From Octopus bimaculoides (Eukaryota), in the NCBI RefSeq assembly GCF_001194135.2, contig NC_068986.1:82052068-82090608 (forward strand): 38,541 bases of DNA, written 5' to 3'. The notes under the pieces were generated by a model that made no database searches, had not been told where the DNA came from, and saw nothing but the letters and a program-made list of their open reading frames with translations. Below, piece by piece: positions 21,915-33,984 of this stretch. How positions within the stretch are numbered: position 1 is the first letter of the stretch; every line of letters begins with the position of its first letter. The position numbers and the translations under genes are program-made.

Positions 21915-22007
21915 ATTACCACCACTACTACTTCTTCTCCACAACGATAACCACCACTGCAAACTACCACCACCACTACTACAACTACTACGACTACCAA
22001 ACTACTA

Positions 22008-22045
<38 letters not shown>
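21915..22045. repeat. Trinucleotide microsatellite series (ACC)(ACT)(GCT)
   Basis: Directly visible. Confidence 0.9.
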
Positions 22046-22048
<3 letters not shown>

Positions 22049-23072
22049 TAGCAGCTTTTCGCCTGCCGCTACGTTTTGAGTTCAAATTCTACCGAGGTCG
22101 ACTTTGCCTTCCATTCTTTCGGGGTTGATAAACGAAGTACCAGTTACTGGTATCGATGTAATCGACTATTCCCCTACACCAAATATCGGGCCTTGTGCCT
22201 ATAGTAGAAACGGTTATTATTATTATCATCACTAAGGCAGTGAACTGGCAGAGTCGTTAGCGCGCCTGGCGAAATGCTAAGCGGTATTTCGTCTGCCGCT
22301 ACGTTCTGAGTTCAAATTCCGCCGAGGTCGACTTTGCCTTTCATCCTTTCGGGGTCGATAAATTAAGTACCAGTTACGCACTGGGGTCGATGTAATCGAC
22401 TTAATCCGTTCGTCTGTTCTTGTTTGTTCCCTCTATGTTTAGCCCCTTGTGGGCAATAACGAAATAGGTATTTCGTCTGCCGCTACGTTCTGAGTTCAAA
22501 TTCTACCAAGGTCGACTTTTGCCTTCAATCCTTTCGGGGTCGATAAAATAAGTACCAGTTGAACACTGGGGTTGATGTAATCACCTCATCCCCTTCCCCA
22601 AAAATGTTGCCCTCGTAGCAAATTTGAAACCATAGAAGTGGTGAGGTAGCAGAATCGTTAGCACACTGGGCGAAATGTTTAGGGATATTTCGTCTGTCTC
22701 CACGTTCTGAGTTCAAATTCGGCTGAGGTCGACTTTGCCTTTCATCCTTTCGGAGTCGATAAATTGAATACCAGTCAAGTACTGGGGTCGATTTGATCAA
22801 CTTACCCCCTTTCCCCAAATTTCAGGCATTGTGCCTATAGTATGAAGGATTATCATTAAGGCAGCGAGCTGGCAGAATTGTTAGCACGACGGGCTTTAAA
22901 ATGCTTCACGGTATTTCGTCCGCCCTTATGTTCTGATTTCAAATTCCGCCGAGGTCGACTTTGCCTTTCATTGTTTCAGGGTCGATAAGTTAAGTACCAG
23001 TGAAACACTAGGTCGATATAATCGACTATCCCCTCCCCCAAAATTTCAGGCCTTGTGCCTACAGTAGAAAGG

Positions 23073-23075
<3 letters not shown>
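22044..23075 (+). mobile_element. Head-to-tail array of five family A SINEs (approx. 22044-22215, 22233-22466, 22467-22633, 22634-22857, 22858-23075)
   Basis: The core TTCTGA(G/T)TTCAAATTC...GGTCGACTTT(T)GCC occurs five times in the same orientation with three different tails. Confidence 0.92.
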
Positions 23076-23103
<28 letters not shown>

Positions 23104-23289
23104 GTAGTAGTAGTAGTAGTAGTAGTAACAGTAGAAGTAGGTGATAGGGGGACAACCTCATTTAGAATTCGAACGAGGTAAATCATTTCCATGGTCCTTT
23201 GCATGTATGTGTGTATAAAAGCAAAAATACGCACACACACAGACACACACACATACATATATATGTATATATATGTGTGCGTGTGTGTA

Positions 23290-23338
<49 letters not shown>

Positions 23339-23499
23339 GCTTTCGGTGCGAATGGGTTTTTTTTTATTATTTACAGGGTAAATAATAATAATGGCATTTT
23401 TTATATAAGCTTAAAGCTTATGGCGATCACCCTACAATGGCTAAGGAAAATAGTCTAATAAAGGGGCATATAAGCCCTCGATAGAAAAAAGAAGGCTTT

Positions 23500-24890
23500 C
23501 CTATCCTTTCCTACTCAGACCTATTACCAATTTTTTTAGGAGCGAGTAGCCACAAGACATACACCAGACATTCCATTCATTTCCCAGCTCAAAGGGGCGA
23601 ACTCCGTTCTATGCTCGGGTCAGGGCATAGAACGGAACCCCCAATTTCAGTAGCGGGTCCCGACAGCATATGTTGGTTTACCCCCGCCGCATCATGCTGC
23701 TTCCGTACCCCTTTGAGCAACATCGAAATTTACTTACCCGTCCACAAACACTCTCCAAGCTTTCCTATCATTTGTAAATTCTCTTGCCTATTGCACTCCA
23801 ACACTTCTAACCATCAAAGCTTTCCTCGTTCCGTCCATCCACACAAACCGAGGTCTGCCTCTGGTTCTGCTGCCTACCACTTCAGCCTTCATCCTCCTCC
23901 TTACCATCCGTTCCTCATTCATCCTCTCCTCATTCATCCTCTCCTCATTCATCCTCTCCTCATTCATCCTCTCCATGTGACCAAACCACCTCGACATTCG
24001 TCTATCCAATTTGGTTGTTAGTTTTTCTCTCATTTTTGTTCGTCTCGGCACCTCCTCATTCCTCATCCTATCCATCCGTGTCACACCAACCATAGCCCTC
24101 AGACATCTCATCTCAAACACATCTAGTCGCCTCCTTTCCACCTCTCTCAGCCCCCCCCCCAGTCTCTGTACCATATAACATTGTCGGCACAATCACACCC
24201 TCATACACACCTCTTTTCGTTTTCATACTCAACCTTTTATCTCTCAGCATACCCTTCACAACTCCAAATATTTTACTCCTCTCCCTCACTTTACATCCCA
24301 CCTCCTCAGCCAACCCCCCATCCGCCGTCACATGTGACCCCAGATACTTAAAAATATTCACATACTCTAACATCTCACCATTTATACTCACATCCATCCT
24401 ACCAGCCAGTCCACCTCTCGAACATATCATCACCTTACTCTTAGCAACATTCACTTTCACTTTCTTCCTCTCATACACTCTTCCAAACTCTACCACCAGC
24501 CTCCTCAGTTGCTCTTCCGAATCCGCCACCAGGAGCTGTATCACCAGCAAACAACAACTGACTCACCTGCCATTTCTCTCCATTTTCTCCCACCATTTGG
24601 GCTCCCCTACCAANNNNNNNNNNCCTGCCATTTCTCTCCATTTTCTCCCACCATTTGGGCTCCCCTACCAAGGGTTCTAGCATTTACCTCTCTCACCACA
24701 CCATCCATATATAAATTAAACAGCCATGGAGACATGACATAACCCTGTCGTAACCCCACCTTCACATCAAACCAGTCACTTACTTCACTACCCACCCTAA
24801 CGCACGCCCTACTTTCTCTATACAAACTTTGAACAGCTCTCAATGATCTACCATCTACTCCATACAACCGCAACACCTGCCACATTGCAT

Positions 24891-24893
<3 letters not shown>
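23500..24893 (-). mobile_element. RTE-clade LINE (RT to 3' UTR), relatively young but inactivated
   Basis: WQVLRLYGV..GLRQGYVMSPWLFNLYMD..SQLLFAGDTA (FADD mutated, with a +1 frameshift)..VNVAKSKVM..FKYLGS..VIVPTMLYGTET..WFGHMERM..RTRGRPRFVW; stop codon at 23734-23736. The 3' boundary is approximate and the 5' side ends at (TA)n and a gap. Confidence 0.95.
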
Positions 24894-24926
<33 letters not shown>

Positions 24927-25493
24927 NNNNNNNNNNNNNNNNNNNNNNNNNNNNNNNNNNNNNNNNNNNNNNNNNNNNNNNNNNNNNNNNNNNNNNNNNN
25001 NNNNNNNNNNNNNNNNNNNNNNNNNNNNNNNNNNNNNNNNNNNNNNNNNNNNNNNNNNNNNNNNNNNNNNNNNNNNNNNNNNNNNNNNNNNNNNNNNNNN
25101 NNNNNNNNNNNNNNNNNNNNNNNNNNNNNNNNNNNNNNNNNNNNNNNNNNNNNNNNNNNNNNNNNNNNNNNNNNNNNNNNNNNNNNNNNNNNNNNNNNNN
25201 NNNNNNNNNNNNNNNNNNNNNNNNNNNNNNNNNNNNNNNNNNNNNNNNNNNNNNNNNNNNNNNNNNNNNNNNNNNNNNNNNNNNNNNNNNNNNNNNNNNN
25301 NNNNNNNNNNNNNNNNNNNNNNNNNNNNNNNNNNNNNNNNNNNNNNNNNNNNNNNNNNNNNNNNNNNNNNNNNNNNNNNNNNNNNNNNNNNNNNNNNNNN
25401 NNNNNNNNNNNNNNNNNNNNNNNNNNNNNNNNNNNNNNNNNNNNNNNNNNNNNNNNNNNNNNNNNNNNNNNNNNNNNNNNNNNNNNNNNNNNN

Positions 25494-25553
<60 letters not shown>

Positions 25554-25925
25554 GTTTTTAGCAAAGTAGCAAGTATTAGCAGGTTTATTAGAATTTTACA
25601 GAAATGGAATTATCTGCTTAAATTACTAAAGTTAAAAGCATTTATTTTTTGCTGGCTTCAAAACGAAATATGAATAACTTAAAACAAAACAAAATAACAT
25701 TTCTGAGATAGGAGAAAAAAAAATTGTTACATGGCAGAAACTAATTTCTCTTATCAAAATAACTTCTGATTTTTTTTTTTTTTATGAATATTTCAAAATT
25801 AATATTATTGTTGATATATAATGTAACTTTTACTGTGTTGCCACAATAACATTATTCCTTTAAGAAGCTGTGTGAACGACACCAATTACTTGCTCAACAT
25901 TGGTTACACATCCACCTGGATAAAA

Positions 25926-26535
25926 CCAGTAAACGTGCGGGTGGCAATGCCCCAGCATTGCCGCAACTACCAGTAAATGTATGAATACACCATTACGTCA
26001 GCGTCGCCACACGTCCCCAGTAAATGTGTATACACTATTGTCCTAGCGTGGTCACGGAGTGTCATGTGTATACAGTAAGGGGTAAAAACCCCTTTCGGTC
26101 ATGAATGACCATGAGATTACACTTAGAAAGTTACCCTCCGAGGCACAATTCCGGGCAAGGTTCTTTATAGAAGACCAGCAATCGCCTATGTATACCAGCC
26201 TCCCCTCTCCACGCTACCGATTTTATCCAAGGGAAAAGCAAAGGTCGATGCAGCTTGGCACCAGTGACATTGCGACTAATTTCTACAGCTGAGTGAACTG
26301 GTGTAACGTGAAACAAAGTATCTCGTTCAAGAACACAACACACAGCCTGATCCGGGAATCGAACTCACTACCTCATTAATGTGAGCCCGACGCTCAAACC
26401 ACTGAGCTATGCGCATTGTGTATACAGTATTTCCCCAATATAGCCACAAACACAGTAAATGTGTAAACTCTATTGCTCCAGCATGGCCACACCTACTAGT
26501 AAATGTATATACGCGATTGTTCCGGCATGGTCAGG
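25926..26535. repeat. Degenerate ~44 bp minisatellite (about 6 units, CCAGTAAATGTGTATACACTATTGCTCCAGCATGGCCACACC-like), interrupted by a SINE
   Basis: Units start near 25926, 25970, 26017, ~26061, 26452 and 26496. Confidence 0.75.
26078..26416 (-). mobile_element. tRNA-derived SINE family C, full length, with 13 bp TSD
   Basis: Minus-strand head GCGCATAGCTCAGTGG (A-box)...GAGTTCGATTCCCGG (B-box); TSD TGTGTATACAGTA at 26065-26077 and 26417-26429. Confidence 0.92.
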
Positions 26536-26800
26536 TAGATAATATATCTCCTCACTCCAGTTCTAATCACAATTAAATTGTTTTGACCCGCTAAAGATTT
26601 TATCAACCACATAATTAACATTTTACAACCGAAGATTTTGTCTTTGTGTACATTTCAGCCATAACATCCCTCGATTTCCACCGAAGCTATAACAACAATG
26701 TTTTTTTTTCTTTGTATTGTTAGTGTATGAAATGGAAACTGCATTCGAGAAATTGTGAATCGTGTGATTTTTATATCTTTGGTTATTATACTATCTACCC

Positions 26801-28050
26801 AAAGCGGTGAGCTGGCAGAATCGTTAGCACACCAAACATAGTGTGTCCTCGCATTTTGTCCGTCTTTACGTTCGGAGTTCAAATTTTGCCGAGGTCTACA
26901 TTGCGTTTAATCCTTTCGAGCTCGATAAAATATCAATAAATACTAGTTGAGCGCTGGCGTCGATGTAATCGGCTAGCCCTCTCCCTAAAATTTCAGGCCT
27001 TATGCCTATAGTCGAAAGGATTATGTCGTTAAACAAAGGCGCGAACAGGTAGAATTAGGAGAGAGTCAGAAAAAAAAAATGCTTAGCGGTATTTCTTACG
27101 AGCTTTACGCTCAGTGTTCAAATACCGTTAACTTTAACTTTCATCCTTTTAGTGTCGATGAAATAATTATCCATTGAGCACCGGGGTCAGTGTAATCGAC
27201 TAACCCACTCTCGCCAAAATAACTGGTCTGAATGGCAACATTTTAAGCAAAACTAAGACTCAAACAGGCAAAATTATTAGAGCACTAGATAAAATATTAA
27301 GCGGTGTTTTTTCCAGTTCTTTACGTTCTGCGATCGAATCTTGTCAATGTCAACCTGAACTTTTTGTTCTTCCGGTTTCGATAGAGTAACGTACCAGTAA
27401 AGTAAAGACGGTGACGACTAACCCCTTCACTTAGAACTACTAACCTTGTGCTTAAGTCAAAAGTCATTATTTCATTAAACTGGTGTAATAGCAGAATTGT
27501 TCAAGCGTGCAGCAAAATGGCCAGAGATATTTCTTCCACCGCTTTACCGTCTGAGTTCAAATTCCGCCGATATCAATTAATCTGTTCTCTCCTTTGGAGC
27601 TGATGAAGTAAGGTACCAGTGAAGCACTGGGTCGATGTATCGGTCTGCATCTTCTCTCCAATATTCTCAATAAGAATGAAGTCGGTGAGTTGGCAAAATC
27701 GTTAGCTTGCCGGGAAAAATACTTAGCAGCATTTCGTCCATTTTTACGCTCTGAGTCCAAATTCCGCCGAGGCTGACTTTGCTTTTTAAGTCTTTTGGGA
27801 TTGATAAAATAAGTACCAGTTAAACAGTGGAGTAGATATAATCGATTTACGCCGACCTCCGAACTTGTTAGCCTTGTGCCAAAATTTGAAACCAATATTC
27901 TGAATAAGGAAGAACTATTTCATGAAATGTTTTCCGTTCCGAGTTCGAATCCCGATGAGGTTTAGTTTAACTTGATAAAATCAAGCGCTTGCTATGTACT
28001 GTGGGTCAATTTGATCGATTGACTCATCTCCTAATTCTGTAACTTTGTGT
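26801..28050 (+). mobile_element. Head-to-tail array of about six family A SINEs of differing decay
   Basis: Copies near 26801, 27035, 27262, 27480, 27678 and 27925, all plus strand; several are heavily diverged. Confidence 0.75.
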
Positions 28051-28317
28051 CTATATAATGATGTCATTAAAACCTTACCCCGGACGATGTAACAGAACCC
28101 ACACGCTTACCTGCCACCCACACCTTTGTGATGTTGCCGACGTTATAATCTATCGTAAGCGTCATATTACTTCAGTATTTCACCCTTAGAACAACAAATG
28201 GAGTTAAAACTATTCACATACTAGCTCCTGTAATTATTGTTGTTGTCTACAAAATAACTGATCTGTGTGAGTGATGTGATCGGGGCGCTCCATTTAGAGT
28301 ATGGAATCATGCTGTTG

Positions 28318-28337
28318 TCGTTGCTGCTGCTGCTATA

Positions 28338-28399
<62 letters not shown>

Positions 28400-28400
28400 A
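28318..28400. repeat. (GCT)n(ACT)n microsatellite
   Basis: Directly visible. Confidence 0.95.
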
Positions 28401-28974
28401 CAATGACAACATGAAAGTGAATGACTATGTTATATCCTTTTAGTGTCACCTTTAAATTACAAAAATATGAGGAAGTAGCGGCTACGGTAGGGCGATTATG
28501 TATAAATTTCCTAGGCCTAATATATTTCTTCAGTCCTAAAGAGCTTTCAAGACCTTGTGTTTAATTTCAGTATTATTAAACAAAGATAATAAGATATGTC
28601 TTCACTTGTACAGGACATAGGTTTGTCACATTTAATCTTTCCAGATTATCTGATAACTGTTCTCAACATCATGGTGAAGATTGTCATTTAATAAATAATG
28701 TACTGTCATGCAATGCCTAAAGCAAAATTTAAAAATCAATATCTGTCAGAACGCAGTTCAATAATACACCCTCGTCATCAACCATTTGGGTCTTAATTCT
28801 AGCAGATGACGAAAGGTAACATTTCACGCCATTTTGTGTTTTTAATAAATGGCATAAAGTTGAGCTGTTGGCTGTGGCATTCTTCATAATTGGTGATTCA
28901 ATGATATTTGACAATGAGAGGATCCTGTATAGAATATTGTTGATGCTCTTGTGACAGACCATTAAAGAAAATCT

Positions 28975-29760
28975 TTGAAAATACATGTCACCTATTCATG
29001 TTATATTCTACAAAATATACGTTTTCCTTCCTTACTGTATTTCATCAGTCTTACAATCAAAATGTCACGGAATTTTATTAGAAGAGATCGTATTCAACCA
29101 ATTGTAAGCTTGTTTCATGAAATTGATTTCAGTTCGTTTTGCGAGAAAACCTCAATTGACCCAGAACAAATCGAAATATTGTCTTAGTAAAATGGGTTTG
29201 CCCCATGAGACTAAATTTCTCGGATGATCTGTACTAACTTGATCAGAGTTTTTGTTCATCTTCTAAGCACGTACCCCTGCTTCAATGAACACGTTTTAAC
29301 AAAAACAATGCACCGTGTTTAATATCGAAAAATGGTTAAGAATCCTTCAAAAAACAACACCGTCACATCGACTATGGCCCATTGCCTAGTCTCTCCATCA
29401 ACCTACTATCGGCATTTTTTTCTATATTTTAGTACGCAAATACCCTCATTTAATCCAGTTAGCATATAGTTGGTAAGTTATTAAAATGTTATTGCTAACA
29501 CTGCTGCACAGGTAAAACAAAATCCATTTTTCCCATTCTGACGGCAACACCTTTGACGATACAGTCAGTATAGGTCCTTGCATTTCCACTGGACAATATC
29601 AGTAAGGTAAGTAATGCAAGGATAGTTAATTGCTGGTCTTCCGTAAGTAAAGCGTTATCTGGGCTTACTTTTTGGGGAGGAAACTTCCAGTTGCCGATGC
29701 ATATCTTAAAGCCGCAAAACAAAACCCTTTATATGCAACAATTCATTGAGACCGCCATAT
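28975..29760 (+). mobile_element. Possible very old DNA-transposase relic (piggyBac-like traces)
   Basis: MSRNF..RDRIQPIV..EKTSID loosely recalls piggyBac MSRNRF..KIRP..SIDE, with a weak Cys-containing end. This is pattern recognition only. Confidence 0.25.
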
Positions 29761-30038
29761 TTTTAACTTATTAACTTTTCACATTCTATTATATTAATAA
29801 ATTAATAAATACTATTAATAAATAGTAATTTAATTGACAGCCTTCATAATTAGTCACTCGAAACCACTACTTTTAATTAACAATACTTAAGNNNNNNNNN
29901 NNNNNNNNNNNNNNNNNNNNNNNNNNNNNNNNNNNNNNNNNNNNNNNNNNNNNNNNNNNNNNNNNNNNNNNNNNNNNNNNNNNNNNNNNNNNNNNNNNNN
30001 NNNNNNNNNNNNNNNNNNNNNNNNNNNNNNNNNNNNNN

Positions 30039-30306
30039 CAGCTCCACAAGGCTCCGGCAGGGGATGGTGGCGAACCCTGCTGTACTCTTTCACCACAACT
30101 TTCTCTCACTCTTAATTCCTGTTTCTGTTGTGCCTGTAATTCAAAGGGTCAGCCTTGTCACGCTGAATATCCCCGAGAACTACGTTAAGGGTACACGTGT
30201 CTGTGGAGTGCTCAGCCACTTGCACGTTAATTTCCCGAGCAGGCTGTTCTGTTGATCGGATCAAATGGAACCCTCGACGTCGTAAGCGACGGAGTTTCAA
30301 ACAACA
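30039..30306 (+). mobile_element. SINE-like repeat, family D, 3' portion (5' end lost in gap)
   Basis: GC-richer block ending GGAACCCTCGACGTCGTAAGCGACGGAGTTTCAAACAACAA; resembles an abundant octopus retroposon from recall only. Confidence 0.5.
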
Positions 30307-31254
30307 AGTAGATGATGTTTAAGTAAGAAACAGAATTTTTATTCGTCCGATGGTCATTAAGTATCACTGAATATGAAACTCTGGGTTATGTTGTATCATC
30401 ATTAATGTATTTTACTATGTATCCAGCACTCTCAATCTATTTTTGTATAAAATCCTATTGTACACGCACGTACGCACGCACGCACGCACGCACACACGCA
30501 TACACACACACACACACGCACGCACACACACACACACGCACGCACACTATATATATATATATTAGCATATCATCATATCCGTGCACACGCGTAAATATAT
30601 ATATTCAGATGTGAACTGTAGCTGTATAGTTCTACAAGTTATGCAGAATCAATGGTCGAACTGTTGGAGTGTGTATTAAAAGAAAACACGAAGAATTATA
30701 TAACATGATATTTTAACAATTCAAAACTAAATTTGGATTCCAGACAGATGAATGGCAGGGGGCCAAAGTTTGGGATTCTAGTTTGCCTAATCTATAAATA
30801 CATCAATGTACAGTTAGGCAGACACATATCATGAAAAATGGATGTTTGGGGTAACGGAGGCTGGAAAGAGAACAAAAATCTCATAAAAATGCAATAAAGT
30901 TCCTTCGATAAAATTGCAGAATAATGTTGGCAATAATTTTTGGAGGATTATTCATAATTTGAATTAGACTAAGTTCTATTACTAAAGGAAATCAAAAGAA
31001 TGGGATTTGTGGAAAATCATTAATTTTATTCTATTGTAACCCTTTGGTTAATATCTAAAAATGGTATCTATCTTTATCGGGATGGCCTCTGACTAACTAA
31101 ATAGTCGATTTTTTAAATCTAAATAGCCTGTCTAGTTACTAGTCTACATCCGTACAAAGGGCCTGTATCAATATTTCAAACTGGTTTTATGTTCAAATAA
31201 CCTAGAATTGTATATGTAGTCTATGTTTACCAATGTCGCTAATGTCTGTAAATA

Positions 31255-31590
<336 letters not shown>

Positions 31591-31593
31591 GTA

Positions 31594-32446
31594 CAGGGTG
31601 TCCCAAAAGTCACTGATGAGTTCCAATTTTTAATAATGTCCTTAACTTTACAAATAAATACATGAAATTTCGATACAATATAAAGGGCATAATGGAAATT
31701 AATATGCACAAGTCAGATTTTGCAACACCACAACAGCTATTTTCGGTTTCGCACCCCTGTGTTCTTTCCAAAACTTGCACTATAACACCCTCAAGAGTTC
31801 CAGAGACTGCTTTTCTGATTTCTCTATTGATGTTCTGCTTCAGTTGCACCAGGGTGTCGGATTTGTTGAAGTAAACCCTCTCTTTCAGTTATTGTACTAG
31901 AAAAAAATCCGGGCTAGTCAAATCTGGGGAACGTGAAGGCAATTCAAAGTAGACCTCACACATGGTTCCAAAAATATGGGGAAACTGCTCATACCGCAAG
32001 AGAAGCAATGCAGTTGCTACGGCTGTGCTTTGGAGAGAGAAAAATCCCCCGCTACAGCAATGTCAATCGACCTTTACGTTCACCAGACTTGACTAGCGCG
32101 GATTTTTCTTGTAGGGAAGCCTGAAAGAGAGGATTTACGTCAACAAACCGGAGATCCTGGTGCAACTGAAGCAGAACATCAATAGAGAAATCAGAAAAGC
32201 GGGGTCTGAAATTCTCGAGGGTGTTATGGTGCAAGTTTTGGAAAGGGCACAGGCGTGCGAAGCCGAAAATGGCTGCAATTTATGGGATATTATTTTTCAT
32301 ATACGATTTAGTGGTTGACTTCATATATGACTAATACATATTAATTTTCATTATATGCTTTATATTGTCTCAAACTTTCATGCATTTATTTGTAAAGCTG
32401 AGGAAGTTATTAAAAATTCAAACCCATCAGTGACTTTTGGGACACC

Positions 32447-32449
<3 letters not shown>
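31594..32449. mobile_element. Non-autonomous Tc1/mariner (DD41D, rosa-like) foldback element, 856 bp, TA-flanked
   Basis: Termini CAGGGTGTCCCAAAAGTCACTGATG / CATCAGTGACTTTTGGGACACCCTG with TA at 31592-31593 and 32450-32451. Plus-strand relic WFQK(Y)GETAHTARE..RSPDLTSA(D)F has 41 residues between the second and third catalytic positions. Confidence 0.92.
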
Positions 32450-32486
<37 letters not shown>

Positions 32487-33769
32487 GAAGTATAGCCAAA
32501 TGGTTGAAANNNNNNNNNNNNNNNNNNNNNNNNNNNNNNNNNNNNNNNNNNNNNNNNNNNNNNNNNNNNNNNNNNNNNNNNNNNNNNNNNNNNNNNNNNN
32601 NNNNNNNNNNNNNNNNNNNNNNNNNNNNNNNNNNNNNNNNNNNNNNNNNNNNNNNNNNNNNNNNNNNNNNNNNNNNNNNNNNNNNNNNNNNNNNNNNNNN
32701 NNNNNNNNNNNNNNNNNNNNNNNNNNNNNNNNNNNNNNNNNNNNNNNNNNNNNNNNNNNNNNNNNNNNNNNNNNNNNNNNNNNNNNNNNNNNNNNNNNNN
32801 NNNNNNNNNNNNNNNNNNNNNNNNNNNNNNNNNNNNNNNNNNNNNNNNNNNNNNNNNNNNNNNNNNNNNNNNNNNNNNNNNNNNNNNNNNNNNNNNNNNN
32901 NNNNNNNNNNNNNNNNNNNNNNNNNNNNNNNNNNNNNNNNNNNNNNNNNNNNNNNNNNNNNNNNNNNNNNNNNNNNNNNNNNNNNNNNNNNNNNNNNNNN
33001 NNNNNNNNNNNNNNNNNNNNNNNNNNNNNNNNNNNNNNNNNNNNNNNNNNNNNNNNATGTATGTATGTATGTATGTATGTATGTATGTATGTATGTATGT
33101 ATGTATGTATGTATGTATGTAGAGCATCTTATGTTTTCAAAGAACATTAAAAAAATGTTGTTTTACTTCTTCCACCGAAATTAATTCAGTTTTAAGTGGA
33201 GTTTCTCACGTCATCGTAAACCAAATTTGGTTGCAGAATCTATCTGGTCGATAACAAAATAAAAGGAAGCGAAAAAAATAGTTGTCAGTGTCAGAATTCA
33301 GAAACGGAATGGTCTGAAAATGTGGAAGAAAATTAAGCATGAATTGCTCCAAAGAATGGTCAATAATGCTGAGATTATGTTGAAGAGAAATCTGTGTCTC
33401 GGTGTGTTATAAAAAGTGAAAAAGTAATGGCGGTATTGTTAGAACAAGCCTTACGGGGTCAGCAAGGGAGATAATAGGAAAATGAAATTGATTTGAGAAG
33501 ATCTGTAAAAGAAAATGATATGAGGTGTGATGAACAGAGAAAAAATGGTTGCAAGTGGAGGTTATAGCTAAGAAACAATCTAGATAATTTGAAGTATGGA
33601 GAGGAAGAAAGATATTTGACAGAAATGCTGAAGAATCACCCAATAATGGAATTTTGGAGTCGATGCCAGTAGATAACAGTAATGGTAGCAAGATAACAGA
33701 ACAGAGTAGAAGAAATAGATTTAATAACGTAACCTTTTATTGCATTTTAGAAGTTATTCTAGTTGTTGT

Positions 33770-33955
33770 TGCCAATTTTGTTGCTGCTGTTGTTACTGTC
33801 CTCCTCCTCCCTCTCTCCCTTCCTCCTCTCCTCCTCCCCTCTTCTCCTCCTCCTCCTGCTTCTTCTTCTCCTTCTTCTTCTTCTTCTTCTTCTCCTCCTC
33901 CTCCTCCTCCTCCTCCTCCTCCTCCTTCTTCTTCTTCTTCTTCTTCTTCTTCTTG
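33770..33955. repeat. (GTT/GCT)(CCT)(CTT) microsatellite
   Basis: Directly visible; explains the poly-E/G/R/L/S/P ORFs. Confidence 0.95.
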
Positions 33956-33984
33956 ACTCGTTATAGGTAAAACCTGAGACGAGG

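Noticed and set aside
24566-24671. 48 bp direct duplication in the RTE
   Set aside because: Identical copies flank a 10-N gap, the signature of unmerged overlapping contig ends.
29300-29410. Tc1-like NNAPC..SK motif
   Set aside because: Needs frameshifts, lacks SPDLNPIE, and conflicts with the equally weak piggyBac reading.
29573-29614. Micro-exon ending at AAG/GTAAGT (VLAFPLDNISK)
   Set aside because: A strong donor but a poor polypyrimidine tract and no partner exons; expected by chance.
30800-31025. Merlin/ISXO2-like WMFGVTE fragment
   Set aside because: One short motif with no TIRs or supporting DDE residues.
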